Shown here: piece after piece, positions 14,076 through 26,800 of the stretch
Layout: every line of letters starts with the position of its first letter
Numbering within the stretch: the stretch's first letter is position 1
DNA from: Mytilus californianus
Lineage: Eukaryota
DNA length: 64,000 nt
Assembly: GCF_021869535.1 (NCBI RefSeq)
Contig: NW_026262690.1
Coordinates: forward strand, 82,770,001-82,834,000
Direction: 5' to 3'
Notes under the pieces: generated by a model
Database searches by the model: none
Seen by the model: only the letters and a program-made list of their open reading frames with translations
What the model was told of the DNA's origin: nothing
Position numbers and translations under genes: made by a program

Positions 14076-17000
14076 ATGATGGAGAAGGAAAGCGTTCTAC
14101 TGCAGCTAGTAAGTAAACACAATCGTTTTCCTTTTTATAATTTTGTATTTTCATCATTCTTATTTTTCTTTTTCTGTTTTTTAAAAGATGGGTTTACTCG
14201 GAGTCTACATATGTTTGTCCATTAAAGAGGAACCAGTGACCTTTTTAGTTTTTGTTTATGCTTTTTATATTGTTTCATATTACCGGATGTACGTATAAAG
14301 TGTATTTTCATTTTTAGCTTATAAGACATGATAATAACCTTGCGATTATTCAGTCATGTTTTGTGGTATATGTATTCAATTGTTACAAATGATTCATCTT
14401 CAGTGTTCTCTTGGTTGCATTCCTGTTTTAATCATATTAACTAATGAATATGCACAAATGATAATTGCTCGTTCTTACCAATTGTACCCAGTTCTCGTAT
14501 GCTTTAAAGAATACATTTTGTTTTTAGATTTTCAGTTTATAAAATATGTAGTGGTGATAACATTAAGTTTGCACCCCTGCATGCTAAGTTGACCTTAAAC
14601 GACTTTTGCAGTTATATTAAAATCATTGTAGTGTTTATATGTTCTCAAACGTTATTTGCTTTTGGCTTTCCAAATTGTTACTCATTAGTGAGCCTAAGAA
14701 GATTATTCCAGAAAAAAAATGTGATGTTCTCCCTGATATGTATCTGGTTTTATTTCAGAATATTGGAAGGCAACCCCTACACATTGCAGCATCAATCGGA
14801 AACACAGACACAATAACAAATCTAGTGGGCCGTGGTGCTGACATTAATTGTACAGATGAGGTAAACATATATGTTACTACTGGCCAAAGGAAAGATTTCA
14901 ATACCGATAAAACGGTGACTTTCGCTAGCGGATCAGCATCAGCTGACCTGGAGCCCCTGAATTCCTCCACGGTTTATAGTGAGTTGGTGTCAGTCAATTT
15001 AAAGTTGTCTGTGTCATGTATTGTGGATTTTTGTTAGTCTTTTCGTCGTTTATTATTCGTTGCTACATATTGCAAATGTCATAGCGGTTTATTTAGCTAA
15101 TGCAAATAACTGATATACACTGTTGTAACCTAAGGATAAGTAATCACTAATTCTAAAACAAATCAATAATGATATATACTGGGTGGTTTTGACGATATAC
15201 TGTCATAGTTTTGCCTCTGTCAAGACACCTTTAACTGAAAACTATGGGTTAAACAAGGTGTCACAGTGCGCAAAACCTACCATTTGTATGACAGTCTTAA
15301 TGGGCATAATGCATCTACATAGGTCAACTTAATCTGAATGAGATCCAGCCTTAGTTAAACAGCCATATCATACTTAGGGTAAAAATTGTAAATTCACAAC
15401 TAAAATGTATAAATTAAATCATGCAAGTAACAAAGAGCTAGAAAATGTGCGCATTTTTTTCATATTTTCTTTTATTCCTTTGCCAGCAGCATCGAACCAT
15501 CTACATTGATATAACAGATTTAGTATCTGGAATAATTTTCGGTATATATGATGAATTTATTTTCATACGTACGCTCGAGGCAAAAATGTTAGAAGCCAAT
15601 TACTTAAAACAATGCGGAGCATCAAAGCCAACAGAACAGACAAAATCGTTACTTAGACTTGCAATCTTATTTATGTAACTTCTCATGAAATTTACAACAG
15701 AAAAGTAATATTTAAATTATTAGCTACAAACGATGGTGCCCCTGTGAACTGAAAGGCATAAGTATAAAAATAAGAAGATGTGGTATGATTGCCAACGAGA
15801 CAACTCTCCACCAGAGACCAAATAATGTAGAATTCAGCAACTATAGGTCACATTACGGCCTTCAACACTGAGCAAAGCCCATGCCGCATATCAAGCTATA
15901 AAGGGCCCAGAAATGACAACATTACTGTAAAACAATTCAAACGAGAAAACGAACGGCCTGATTTATGTACAAAAGAATTGATCAAAAACAAATATGATAA
16001 CCAGCAACAAACGACAACCATTAAATAACAGGCTCCTGGCTTGGGACAAGCACATACCGAATTTGGCGGGATTAAACATGTTTGCGGGCGTCCAATCCTC
16101 CCCTTAACAGTGGTTTTACAGCACAACATAAGAACAAATAAAAACTTCAGTTGAAAAGGCTTAACTAATCAGCTCGACACACAGCAAAAAAAAAAAAAAA
16201 AATCACAAAAAACACAACTAGTTCAAAGCCAATAACAACAAATAACAACTAATAATGTTATATTTGGTCTAACAATTTTGAATACTTAAATATAGATAGC
16301 AGAATGGTGTCAGATTCGTCACTTCAGCATTTTACGGATTAAAAAGAAACTTCATTAACTGTTAAATAATTTGAAAAATATTTTTTGAATTATCATATCA
16401 ATTCCTTTACATTATTGCGAATTATTTGTAATTTAGTATGGGGACACGCCACTTCATTTAGCCGTGTCACGTGGACACGATCATGTTGCTGCATTGTTGA
16501 TAGCACTTGGTGCAAATTTAGAGGCCGAAAATAAGGTAGGATATAATCTGTTTTATACCAATTTGAAATAGGTTTGATATGTGGGAAACAAATGAAAATA
16601 GTATGTATTCAGAATATTACATTACTTCTATGAATAGTTTCAGTTGTTTTTGATGGTTTGTTGTACTATAACATACAATTCTTAGTTATCTGTAAAAAAA
16701 AAAGGAAAATTAGGGATGGCATTTTGGCATCTGAAGTTTGTCGTTATATCTATAAATGAAATATATATATGAAAGAATCATGATATCCTGAGATTTGCTT
16801 GGTATTTCAATGCGTGTTCTTCATAGGTAGTGTTACAGTATTAAATATGCCGATCGTGTCCACTCGTCTGATCTGAGTTTGTGCGATTCAGGCAGATCTT
16901 GATTTGTAAAAAAGATCGAAATTGATATTTCGTCTTGAGCTTCTAACAATTGTGTTTCTGCTACTTTTACTTTGACAATAAGAAGCATGTATGTATTTTT

Positions 17001-19115
17001 ACTTTGACAATATGGACATATATATACATATATTAATTTTATATCTTGGATCTGTTAAATGTTTATTATTTTATCAAAAGTATTAATAAAGCATACAAAA
17101 TCTATAATCGAGATATAGTTTTCAGATAACAAGAAAATGCTCTCATTATGACAATATACATATGAGAAAGTTCAGTTTGAAATATTATTATTTCTCTGTT
17201 TTAATAGGTGAAGTTACAAAATAATTTAAAGTATTAAGCGTTTCATTTGCATCTGCACTGTTAACAATTATATAGATATTTTAATTCCCAGTATTTAATA
17301 ATTTCTATGTTTATTTAAAGGAAGGCCATAAAGCATTATACATAGCTGTGATGGATAAAAGTCCTCGCATAGTGGACATATTACTCAAATTTGGTATCGA
17401 TCCTTGTGTAGTAGAATGGGTAACTTTTCTTCTAAACTTTATTAAGTGATAATTTTTTGGGAGCCAACAGTCTTGGTACAATGTAATCTCATGTAATTTT
17501 TTTCTTCATTATTTTACGATTCTATAGATGTTTTTATCCTTAAGTGTTAATTTCAAGTATTGGCTTTCTTTTTCCAACTATTTTAAGCGACATGTTTCGC
17601 GGTCTAAGATATTTTGATACCAGTGTGATCGCCTGATCTGTAGTATTACCAATTGTGTCTTGTTTCCGAATGTGACATTTTCTCAGTGGTAATTCGCATG
17701 GCGAGTGATGAATGCATAGCAGGAGACGCACCACGTCTCGCTTCTTTTGGCGTTCATGCAATTACTTCGGGTTTTAATTGTTGCCTTGATTTGTGTCTTA
17801 TTGGTCATTTGAGAGATTTGAACATCGGTAAACTACGCTGGCCTTAATTTAGTGTGTTACAAGTACCATAGAGTAATATAATTTCTTCAATATTTGTATT
17901 TTTTTATTTTTTACGTTTTTAAAATAACAAAAAAATGCAGTATTTTGAAAACGATAGATACATATATTATATAGCTGCTGACTATGCAATTGTGTCATTT
18001 AAGAGTTAAATTGGACTTTTAGGATTGGGCTACCAACAGTAATGGCTCCAAAGAGCATCAGATATTAGAGGCCTTTGACAGACAGTGTCAGCTAATTCCT
18101 GGATTCAGAAATGGGTATTTATAGGATTGTCTTTATACTTAAATCACCCTCAAAATTGAGTTATGATGATGTGTAGTAAAGCAAACATAGCTTAATCAAT
18201 CAATCAAAATTAATTTTAAATCCTTTTTTTCCTTATCATAATTTTTGTGTGATTTTCAATATCAGTGACAAGATGTCTTGGTACGTAAACTTGATTTGTA
18301 ATGTAATAAAATGTTGAATTATTCTAAACACTAAGGTTATATAATCCCCAGGCAGAGATTGCCTTCGTCGTATTTGGCATGGATATTCGGACTTCTCATT
18401 TGATTTAGCATTCCAACTGTTTAGATTCGAAAGTTACTGCTAAGTCTTTAGTAAACGTAACGCGTGTCTGGCGTATAAAATAATAAGCCTGGTATCTTTA
18501 GTGAATTGTTTTTTTTTTTCTTTTCTTTTCATACAACATTTCTAGAATATTTTTAATCTCTAATATATTTATAACGGGTTATTTGCTTAATGGTTATCTA
18601 TCTGTTTTGGGGATTGTGTTTTTATACGCTTCCTGGGAAACCTCTTTTGTGCATTTTCATATTTCAGGTTTGTCAGCAAGGAACTTGTTTCTATTCAACC
18701 ACACCAGGCATGTAACTGTAATTCTGTGCAAGTTGAAGTTGACACCACAAAGATCAGTAGACCGTTTGTTCTCCAGCTTTACAAAATGCAACCTGAATTT
18801 GTCAATACCCAATACCATCTACAAACTTCTGAACAGTATTTTAGTGACATATATGAATTAAGAGCATGGGACTGTAAAGAAAAAGAAATTCAACTAAAGG
18901 TTCAAGTAAATAGTCTAGTGAGACCCAATAGACAACTGAAATTTGTATCTTTAGAAAACTGTTTTGGACGTTTAGATGAGTCCGATAACACGTTCGTGAA
19001 TACAGAAGATTTGCAGGTAATTGTTATTGTTAACTCAAATACAAAATTATAGTACCATTTATTTTCCAGAGAATAGTAAAGATACTTTTCTGTCGACTGT
19101 ATCTCTGTTGCCTAC

Positions 19116-19150
<35 letters not shown>

Positions 19151-22100
19151 TCCGAAACTGTTTTTTTTTTCTGAATGCAGTAAAATGAATTTAATTCAAA
19201 AATTCAAAGTTCGTCTTTCTTTAGCTAGAAAAAGTAGAGGTAAAAGCCAGAAGACACTTTCTACTTTTAATTGGACTCACTAAAGTTCAAGATATATCAA
19301 AAGGTTACGAGTAACCAAATCATCGGTTTCCACAGTGTGTGAAAGAAACGTTTTTTTTAACACTTTCAGGTAATAAAGTTGGTGCCAAATAAAGTACACA
19401 TGATACGCGCACTTCTGAAATTAACTTTGCCCCGAGGGAGTAGAGATTTTGTTTTTAAAAAAAAGTATTCAAAGTTTATAATTCTACAATTAAGATATAT
19501 CCTTAAAACCATGTCAGTACCAGAGCACTGTTTCTCTGCAAAAAAATCAAAGAAATTAACACTCTCTAGAAACAATCCCTATCACTTTTATCAGTATCTT
19601 TGAGATTCACAGTATGTGAGAATGTTTAATGCTTTTAAATTAACTAATTATCTAATAATGTCATGAATTTAACTTATATAGAAATTGAATGCTAAAATAA
19701 ATGTCAAGCTGTGGCCGCCATTACGTATTGACAACCTCGTCTAATGAACCGTATCACTGAGCACCGAAATCTTTACAAGGACCCTTGTGGTTGTCCTACT
19801 GTTAAGATACATCGGCTTACTACTTAATTGATATAGTCATCGAATGCTAAAATAAATGTCAAGCTGTGGCCGCTATTACGTGTTGACAACGTCGTCTAAT
19901 GAACCGTTTCACTGAGCACCGAAATCCTTACTCATACACTTGCGGTTGTCCTACTGTTAATAGACTTCGGTTTACTACTTAATTGACTATAAAACTTTCG
20001 TCTGCGCTATGAATTCATGTAAATTAACTTTGTATCGAGTTTTGCTTTGACAAAAGGGAAATGTAGGGTATATGTCAGTAAGACTGCAACCAAACGATAT
20101 CCAGAAAGTGACATGCAGTTTTAGAAAAGACATGTGTATCAACCCGATGAAAGAACGGATACACTAAACAAAGCTTTATTCATTCAAATACTAATATACA
20201 CTTAACAGCGGTATGGTACAATATATTGTGTTTTTTCTTTCTCTTTTCAGACAACTGTGTCGCTCCATCTCAGAATTCAAGATGGCGTATACAACAAGTT
20301 TGTAATAATATCGGAAGAGAAGATTGAAAAAATAAAAATTTCGAATTCAGATACAATATTTCATCCAAACGTTATGCCTGGTGCAAAAGTATATATACCA
20401 ACAAATGCACTAAGAAATGACACAAGCGTCTCATTTAAAGTACGTTTACGTTATAATAAGCTGTCTTTGTTTGGTCATCGATATTACAAAAGTCAGCATC
20501 TTTTTCATAAGAAATCCGTTGACGGTTTTGAAGATATGATCTAACGCATAGTATAAAGATATTTAAAACGGCAGGGGTGTAAATAATATGGGGGTTTCTT
20601 TCTTGTTTTTCTTTTTGTGATTTTTCCCATTGGTTACAGTGCTTCCAGTGGGTGAGTTCTTTGTGTACCTGTTTGCATAGATTTTTAGCAACCGTGGCAT
20701 CTTAACACTAGAAAGATTATGCAAGTTGGTCAAGATTTCTGCGTAATTTTATCACAAAGGTTGGTTTCTATTGGGAAGTGTGGTTAAATTGTCAAGACTG
20801 ATATATTTAAGGCGGTCTTGTTTTGGTCGGCTTGTTTGTGATTTTTTAACAGGTGTCTTATTGATTTTCCGTTTTAGGGTTCTACGTTTTTATAAAAACA
20901 AAGAGAAGTGTCTTCTCGGAAGTGGTATGGCCTTTATTGACTGTGATGAGTCTGCTCGGAAGTGGCGTGAGTTTTAGTGACTGTGTGGAGTCTGCTCGGA
21001 AGTGTCATTACCTTTATTGACTGTGTGGAATCTGTTCCGGATTGGTCTGGCCTTTATTGGATTGTGAAATTTTAATTTAAAATGATAGATTAATGGTACA
21101 ACAAAGTAGTTTTACTCGTACTTATTTATTTTCTTTGCCGTGTAGTTGTCTGTCTTTCCTCGACATATCGTCCTGAATATGAATGAACTATTTGCCACTG
21201 GAAGTTAAGCAACCAACAATCAATTTTTGGTAGTTTCTTGTTTTAGTGCTTTTCATGAAGTGATTTTAGAATGCGTACTTACCTTTTTGTTTTCCATTGT
21301 TTGGTGATAAAAAAAAATCAAAGATAGAGAGTTGAGTTGCCTTAAGTTAAAAGTTTAATTTTTCAAAATACTTATACATCATATTTTTTGGTATCGACTG
21401 TTTTGTCATCATTCGTACTTTGTGTAACTTTCATATATTTTTTAAATCACTAAATGTGATAGCCCATGTCTGCCTCTGTTTTAGAAACTACATATTTTTA
21501 TCGAATGACCGGACTATTAATTGTTTAATGTATTTTATGTTTGGTTGTTTTTCAGGTAATTGATACAACAGAATTAAGCGATGAAGTTATAGCAGGAAGG
21601 ATATTTAGTGAAATTTTAGTTATCAATACATTTAAAAATATCCAGCCACAACAAGATGTAACAATAACCCTACCTCTCCGTTCCAAAACTGACTGTGATG
21701 AGTTAGTTGTACTCGCATCGAACAAGGTTCGTCCAGACTGCGTGGGTGACTGGCAGTTAACTGAGCCTACTGATATAACCAGTACAGGATCAGTATCTTT
21801 CAATACTGATATGTTCTCATTGTAAGTGATTGAACACTGATGTCTTTCATAATATGTTTTTCTCTTTTTATTAACCTTTTACGGATGTAATGAATGAATT
21901 CACATGCTTAATCAACCTAATCAAAGCGTTCCAAAGTTGCTTTCATATGGTCCCATATGTCTGTACTTTATGTGGGTTACTATGTATAGAGTATAATAAC
22001 AAAAATAACGAACTCCAAGGAAAATTCAAAACAGAAAGTTCTTTATCAAATGGCAAAATCAAAAGCTCAAACGCATCAAACGAATGGAAAACATCGGTCT

Positions 22101-25100
22101 TATTCCTGACTTGGTACAGGCATTTCCTTATATTGAAAATGGTGGATTAAACCTGTTTTTATAGCTAGCTGAACCCTTTCACTTGACAGTCGCATAGAAT
22201 TCCATTGTATTGACAACAACATGTGAGCAAAACAAACGGACGCAATAGGTAAAAATATCAAAAACTGGTGTACAACAGTCAACATTGTGTTATAATCTTA
22301 ATCGCTATAAAAACAAATACTTATTTCAACAAAGAAAAACAAAATGGCATATAGACACCCTATGGACAAATGGAGTATATTTGAGGCAATAGACTTTTAC
22401 CGATGTTTAAAATTTTTAAATTATTTTAAATATACAAAGAAAGAGGAAAAATACGAGAGATTCGCATGACGGAAAAAATTATCAACAAACATACCGAACT
22501 TCAAGGTAAATTCAAAAAGGGGGAAGTCCATAAAACCTGACAAAACCAAACGCTCGACTATATCAACCAACGTATCGAATGGAAAACAATTGTCAAATTC
22601 TGGTGGGTAAACCTGGTTCTATAGCTAAACAAGTGAGACCGATGTATTGACAGTGTAAACATCGTCAGTAATGCATGCGTCAACCATATAACTTGGTGCT
22701 ATCTGTTTGCTTGGCAATAAGCACTTAGCTATACAGTTCCATATACGAGATGACTGATTTATTGCCCGGACTAACTGACTATTTCAGCAGCATCACGCCT
22801 TATATGTATTGATTTCATAGAGAATCAAGGAAATCTTATTCAACCTAATCGTGGCTTTCTGAAAGTTGTTGGGTTTCTTTAAAATAATCCGAATACTACA
22901 ACATAAAGTTATATAAGCTGTAGATAGCTTGAAACTATTATACTAATATGTTTACATTCCCTTAGATACTTGTAATCTTCTAAACTCCGATCTACAAATT
23001 ATTCCTTATACAAAAAATCCCTATCTCTTGATTCGTGCAGATTGTTTCCAAACGTATTTACGTATGGTATTCAAACCTTTGAGAGCTTCATCTGTTTATC
23101 TGTATAACGATGCACGATTACTTTTCATCTTCATTTATTTTTTGATAGTTTTTAAATATGTAAATCAATTTGTTCGCAATTCTTTTTTCTAACGCTAGAC
23201 TATTTTTGGTAGTATGCAGGTTGAATGCTGAATCATAATGACATTTTTCACATCTAAATTGAAATTACTTCTTTCCATATTGAAATTTCTCAGTTCCAAC
23301 TTGAAAGTGGAAAATGCAAACTTAATACTCAGAAATGTCTAGTTGGAGGTGAGAAATTTCAAGTTTGAACAGGGTTGAGAAATTTTAACAACAGAATGTC
23401 CCTACAAGTATTGTAGATATCAGCTGTTATAGTAATAAACCCAATTCCTCCTTTGGATGCGACTTCTGGTGTATTGCATCGTGCTCTTATTCAACCAAAT
23501 CGTGGTTTTCTGAAGGTTGTTGGGTTTCATTAAAATAATCCGAATACTACAACATACAGTTATATAAGCTGCAGTTAGCTTGAAACTACCATACTACTAT
23601 GTAGCGATTCCACATTCCCTTAGAAACTTGTAATCTTCTGAACTTAAATGCATTCACTAATCACATATTTTAGATTTGTAGTTGTGTCTCGAACCTCAGT
23701 GTCCTCAGAATCTAGCTTCTCAGATATTCATGAAACACTATGTACTCTAATGGAATATAAAAGAAAAGTTGTGATAATGATTTTAACAAAGGAGGTACCA
23801 GAAACTGGTGGAGAGCTGTACATTGTTGTGCATTGTGTTTTGCATGAAAAATCGAATGACACACAAAAGTTGTGGGAAGAAAAAGGGTATAATCTAATAG
23901 GGGTTTCAGATCAACTGTTCTGTTTGGTGAACACTAAATTTCAGGTAAATTGAAAATAATATCTTATAGTTAAAACAATGACAACATAGCATAGTATAGT
24001 TCTAAAAAACACATGATATTCATGTTTTTGTCTGTGACACTTGTTTTGTAATGAACGTGTTCAGGTATAGTTGGTACAAAAAAATTAAATATTATGCACA
24101 TAATATAAGAACTAATATCGTTAGAAGCAACATAGGCAAGATGTGCATGCGGACGATAAATCCTTAAATTCCTATATGGAATACTGAATTTCTGAAAGCA
24201 GTTTATTGATCACCCCCGGTTTTTTGTGGGGTTTGTGTTGCTCAATCTCTAGTTTTCTATGTCGTGTTTTGTATACTGTTGTTTGTCTTTTGGTCTTTTT
24301 CTTTTCTTTTTTTTTGCCATGGCGTTGTCAGTTTTATTTCGGCTTATGAGTTTTAATGTACCTTTGGTATCTTTCGCCTCTCTTTCAGCAAAGTCAGCAA
24401 CGTAAAGTTTTCTTCTAGGTGTATATCTACTTGTAATTTTAATGCAAGGCAACGTTAGTTTACCGATGTTCAATTTCCATAAATCAGGTAAGCTATACAT
24501 CGAGGTAAAAAAAAATTTAAAAACGAGGGAATCGCATGAACTCCAAAAGGAGCGAGATTGGTGTGTCGACATGATAATCGTCTCTTGCTATGCATGCATC
24601 ACCAGCCTTTAATAAAGTTGATGAGTTTTCAGACATAATCCTATTCATGATGGGTTCTGTATATTCGGGGAATCTTTAGTATCTTATAGCATAGAAAATT
24701 GAAAGACTTTAAAATCAGTTGATAGGGTTTTACTAGAAGCTGAAAAAATATTATGTATACTTAAAATTTGTTAAATTTCAGATTTCATTATCAGGTAACA
24801 TTGTTGAAATATTTCATACGAAAAATATGGAATTATTATTTCAACTATGCAAAGAAAGTTACAGAATATTTAATGTAACAATCGCAGACAAAGAATGTAA
24901 ACCCGGAGGAACTATAAAGGTGCATCTCGCCACAGCTAGACAAAATATTGGAGATGTTAAAGAAGATGACGTTATTTGTATTTCTTGTGGTAGTAACAGA
25001 CCAAAAACCAAAAGGATGGATGATTTAACATCAGTGTTGTCCTGTCGTTTGTCCTTCAATATGGAAGCTTTGAAGGTCAACGAACAAACAAACATTGACA

Positions 25101-26218
25101 GTAATTATATTTGTAGAACTTTTTATCCTATTTGTAAATAATGTTATGCTTTACATACCGTATAATATAATTTTGAATCCATTTACCATATGTTAACTAA
25201 TGCAATCTTATATACGTTTAAAACATTATAACAATGTAATGCTTTTTTGTAATTATGTCCGTGTGTAAAAAGGTTAACAGAAGCACATACACTAAAATGT
25301 GCGCACGTTCAATGCTTTTACAACCCAACAAAATTTTAAAAAAAGAAGCATTGCAATTCTTATAATTACATGTGTATGCTACAACCATGAAATTACCGGA
25401 ATTGAACAGAGACATTCGTTTGTTTATTCTATGCAATGTTTTAAGTTGTTAAGGCGAGCACGTGCAGTCAAATTTTTTACATTTCATACGAAAAAAGATA
25501 TTATTGGCCAATTAAAATTACAGATTCGTATGCAACCTTTATGATATGTTATTATATAATATCCAATCCCTCATTGGATAACCTACATATATATTACACA
25601 AGGTAAACGCTTTAATTTCTACGCTAATGCTCAATGTCAATATTAACGTCTTTCAATTAACCAATTACAGTGTTCGAAATGTATTAAGCTGGCAAATAGT
25701 CGTTCCATAAGCAAATTTCACTGATCAGGAATTAAACGCATGCGGCTGGAACACTCATTGCAATACTGTTGCTTTAGGCTGCTAATTCGACCTTGTCACC
25801 TTGAAAATGTTAATCATGTGTCAAACATGTGCCAAATAACTAGAGAGGGGAATATATGCACGATACCTGATGTAGAAACTGCACAATTCTTTCGGGTTTT
25901 GTAGCCTGCAGTGGTATCAATCTATTACAAATCATGCTTCTGCGTAAAAAGTATTTGGTCAAATCGTATGCCATTATACCATGCATGCATTTTGGGTTAG
26001 AAGTATCTCGTTTAATATATTACAAGTTTACTTTACACATATTTTTCTTTCTCCTATGCGTTGGCATGTTTTTGTTTCAGGTCAAAAGGCAAAGCTCAGA
26101 AAAATGTAAGTTCAATCTAATAGTGAAACATGAAACTGTCAAATCGGGTAAGAGACGCCGAACAATACATGAAATACAAAATCGGATAACAGAAGAAAGA
26201 ACAGAATTCCGGGGGTAA
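14076..26218 (+). CDS. Ankyrin-repeat + ZU5-ZU5-UPA protein (ankyrin/DTHD1-like, no death domain seen). Exons: 14076-14108, 14759-14860, 16437-16535, 17321-17419, 18023-18114, 18668-19016, 20251-20439, 21556-21821, 23674-23944, 24782-25075, 26081-26218 (about 643 aa; first and last exons tentative)
   Basis: All junctions are GT-AG and phase-consistent. ANK motifs: GRQPLHIAASIG, GDTPLHLAVSRG, GHKALYIAVMDK. ZU5-like segments FVIISEEKIEKIKI...PGAKVYIPTNAL and SFNTDMFSLFVVVSR parallel ankyrin YFAVVSR..PQVQAVFPEGAL. UPA-like segment VVHCVLHEK...KFQISLSGNIV parallels ankyrin RCFCMTDDK...IYVDCFGNLV. Alignments were done by eye from memory. Confidence 0.85.
15770..16178 (+). mobile_element. High-copy non-autonomous interspersed element (AGATGTGGTATGATTGCCAATGAGACAACTCTCCAC family)
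   Basis: About 9 copies or fragments in the window: 15770(+), 27490-27760(-), 27985-28040(-), 29575-29790(-), 31990-32165(-), 38325-38372(-), 39270-39556(-), 51845-52190(+), 57420-57540(-). Confidence 0.85.
19687..19991. repeat. 155-bp tandem duplication
   Basis: GAATGCTAAAATAAATGTCAAGCTGTGGCCG at 19687 and 19842. Confidence 0.92.
20909..21060. repeat. ~39-bp tandem repeat, ~4 copies
   Basis: GTCTGCTCGGAAGTGG...CCTTTATTGACTGTG units. Confidence 0.85.
24215..24385 (+). mobile_element. Interspersed repeat (CACCCCCGGTTTTTTGTGGGG family)
   Basis: Fragments also at about 860-950(-), 11800-11950(+), 37990-38170(+), 39780-39975(-), 46420-46520(+) and 53835-53945(-). Confidence 0.7.
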
Positions 26219-26369
26219 AATTACATTGATAAACGAAAAAACAAGTATATTTTAAGAATAGCCAAATGAACTCAATTTTATCGATTAGCAACTGTATTGT
26301 TTGTGTGTGTAAAATTGAAGAGTTCGTGAGCTATAATGTAAACCCAAAGCATTATTTATTTTAATTTAC

Positions 26370-26800
26370 TGCGTCACTGATGAGTCTTTTGTAGACGAAA
26401 CGCACATTTAAATCCTGGTATATATGATGGGTTCACTTACAACCACTGTGTCGATGTCACTGCTGGTGGAGGTTTCTTCCTCGATGGCCACTAGCCCAGT
26501 GGTCATCACTTCTGTATTGACATGAATTATCATTGATATGGTCATAATGATAAATTACTGATTATAAAACTTGATTATAAAAAAATTTCAAAATACTAAT
26601 GATGTTCTACCTCAAGGATAGATGATCGTAGCTGTATTTGGCAAAACTTTTCGGAAGTTCGGTCCTCAATGCTCTTCAACTTCGTACTTAATTTGGTCTT
26701 TTAAACTTTTTTATTCGAACGTCACTGGTGGGCTTTTGTAGACGAAACGCGCGGTCTGGCGTACAAAATTTTAAATGTGGTTATCTATGATGAGTTTATT
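26370..26800 (+). mobile_element. Interspersed repeat related to the 46.7-kb family (GTAGACGAAACGC unit present twice)
   Basis: Direct internal repeat at about 26372 and 26720; shared core with other copies. Confidence 0.7.

Noticed and set aside
17690-17765. Intronic hairpin with a GTGATGA C-box as a snoRNA
   Set aside because: No downstream CTGA D-box at a suitable distance and no H/ACA layout.
19370-19603. In-frame ORF with a good acceptor as an extra ZU5 exon
   Set aside because: Most of it is a decayed copy of the 46.7-kb repeat family, and the flanking exons join in phase and align without it. A 24-nt micro-exon (19370-19393) cannot be excluded.
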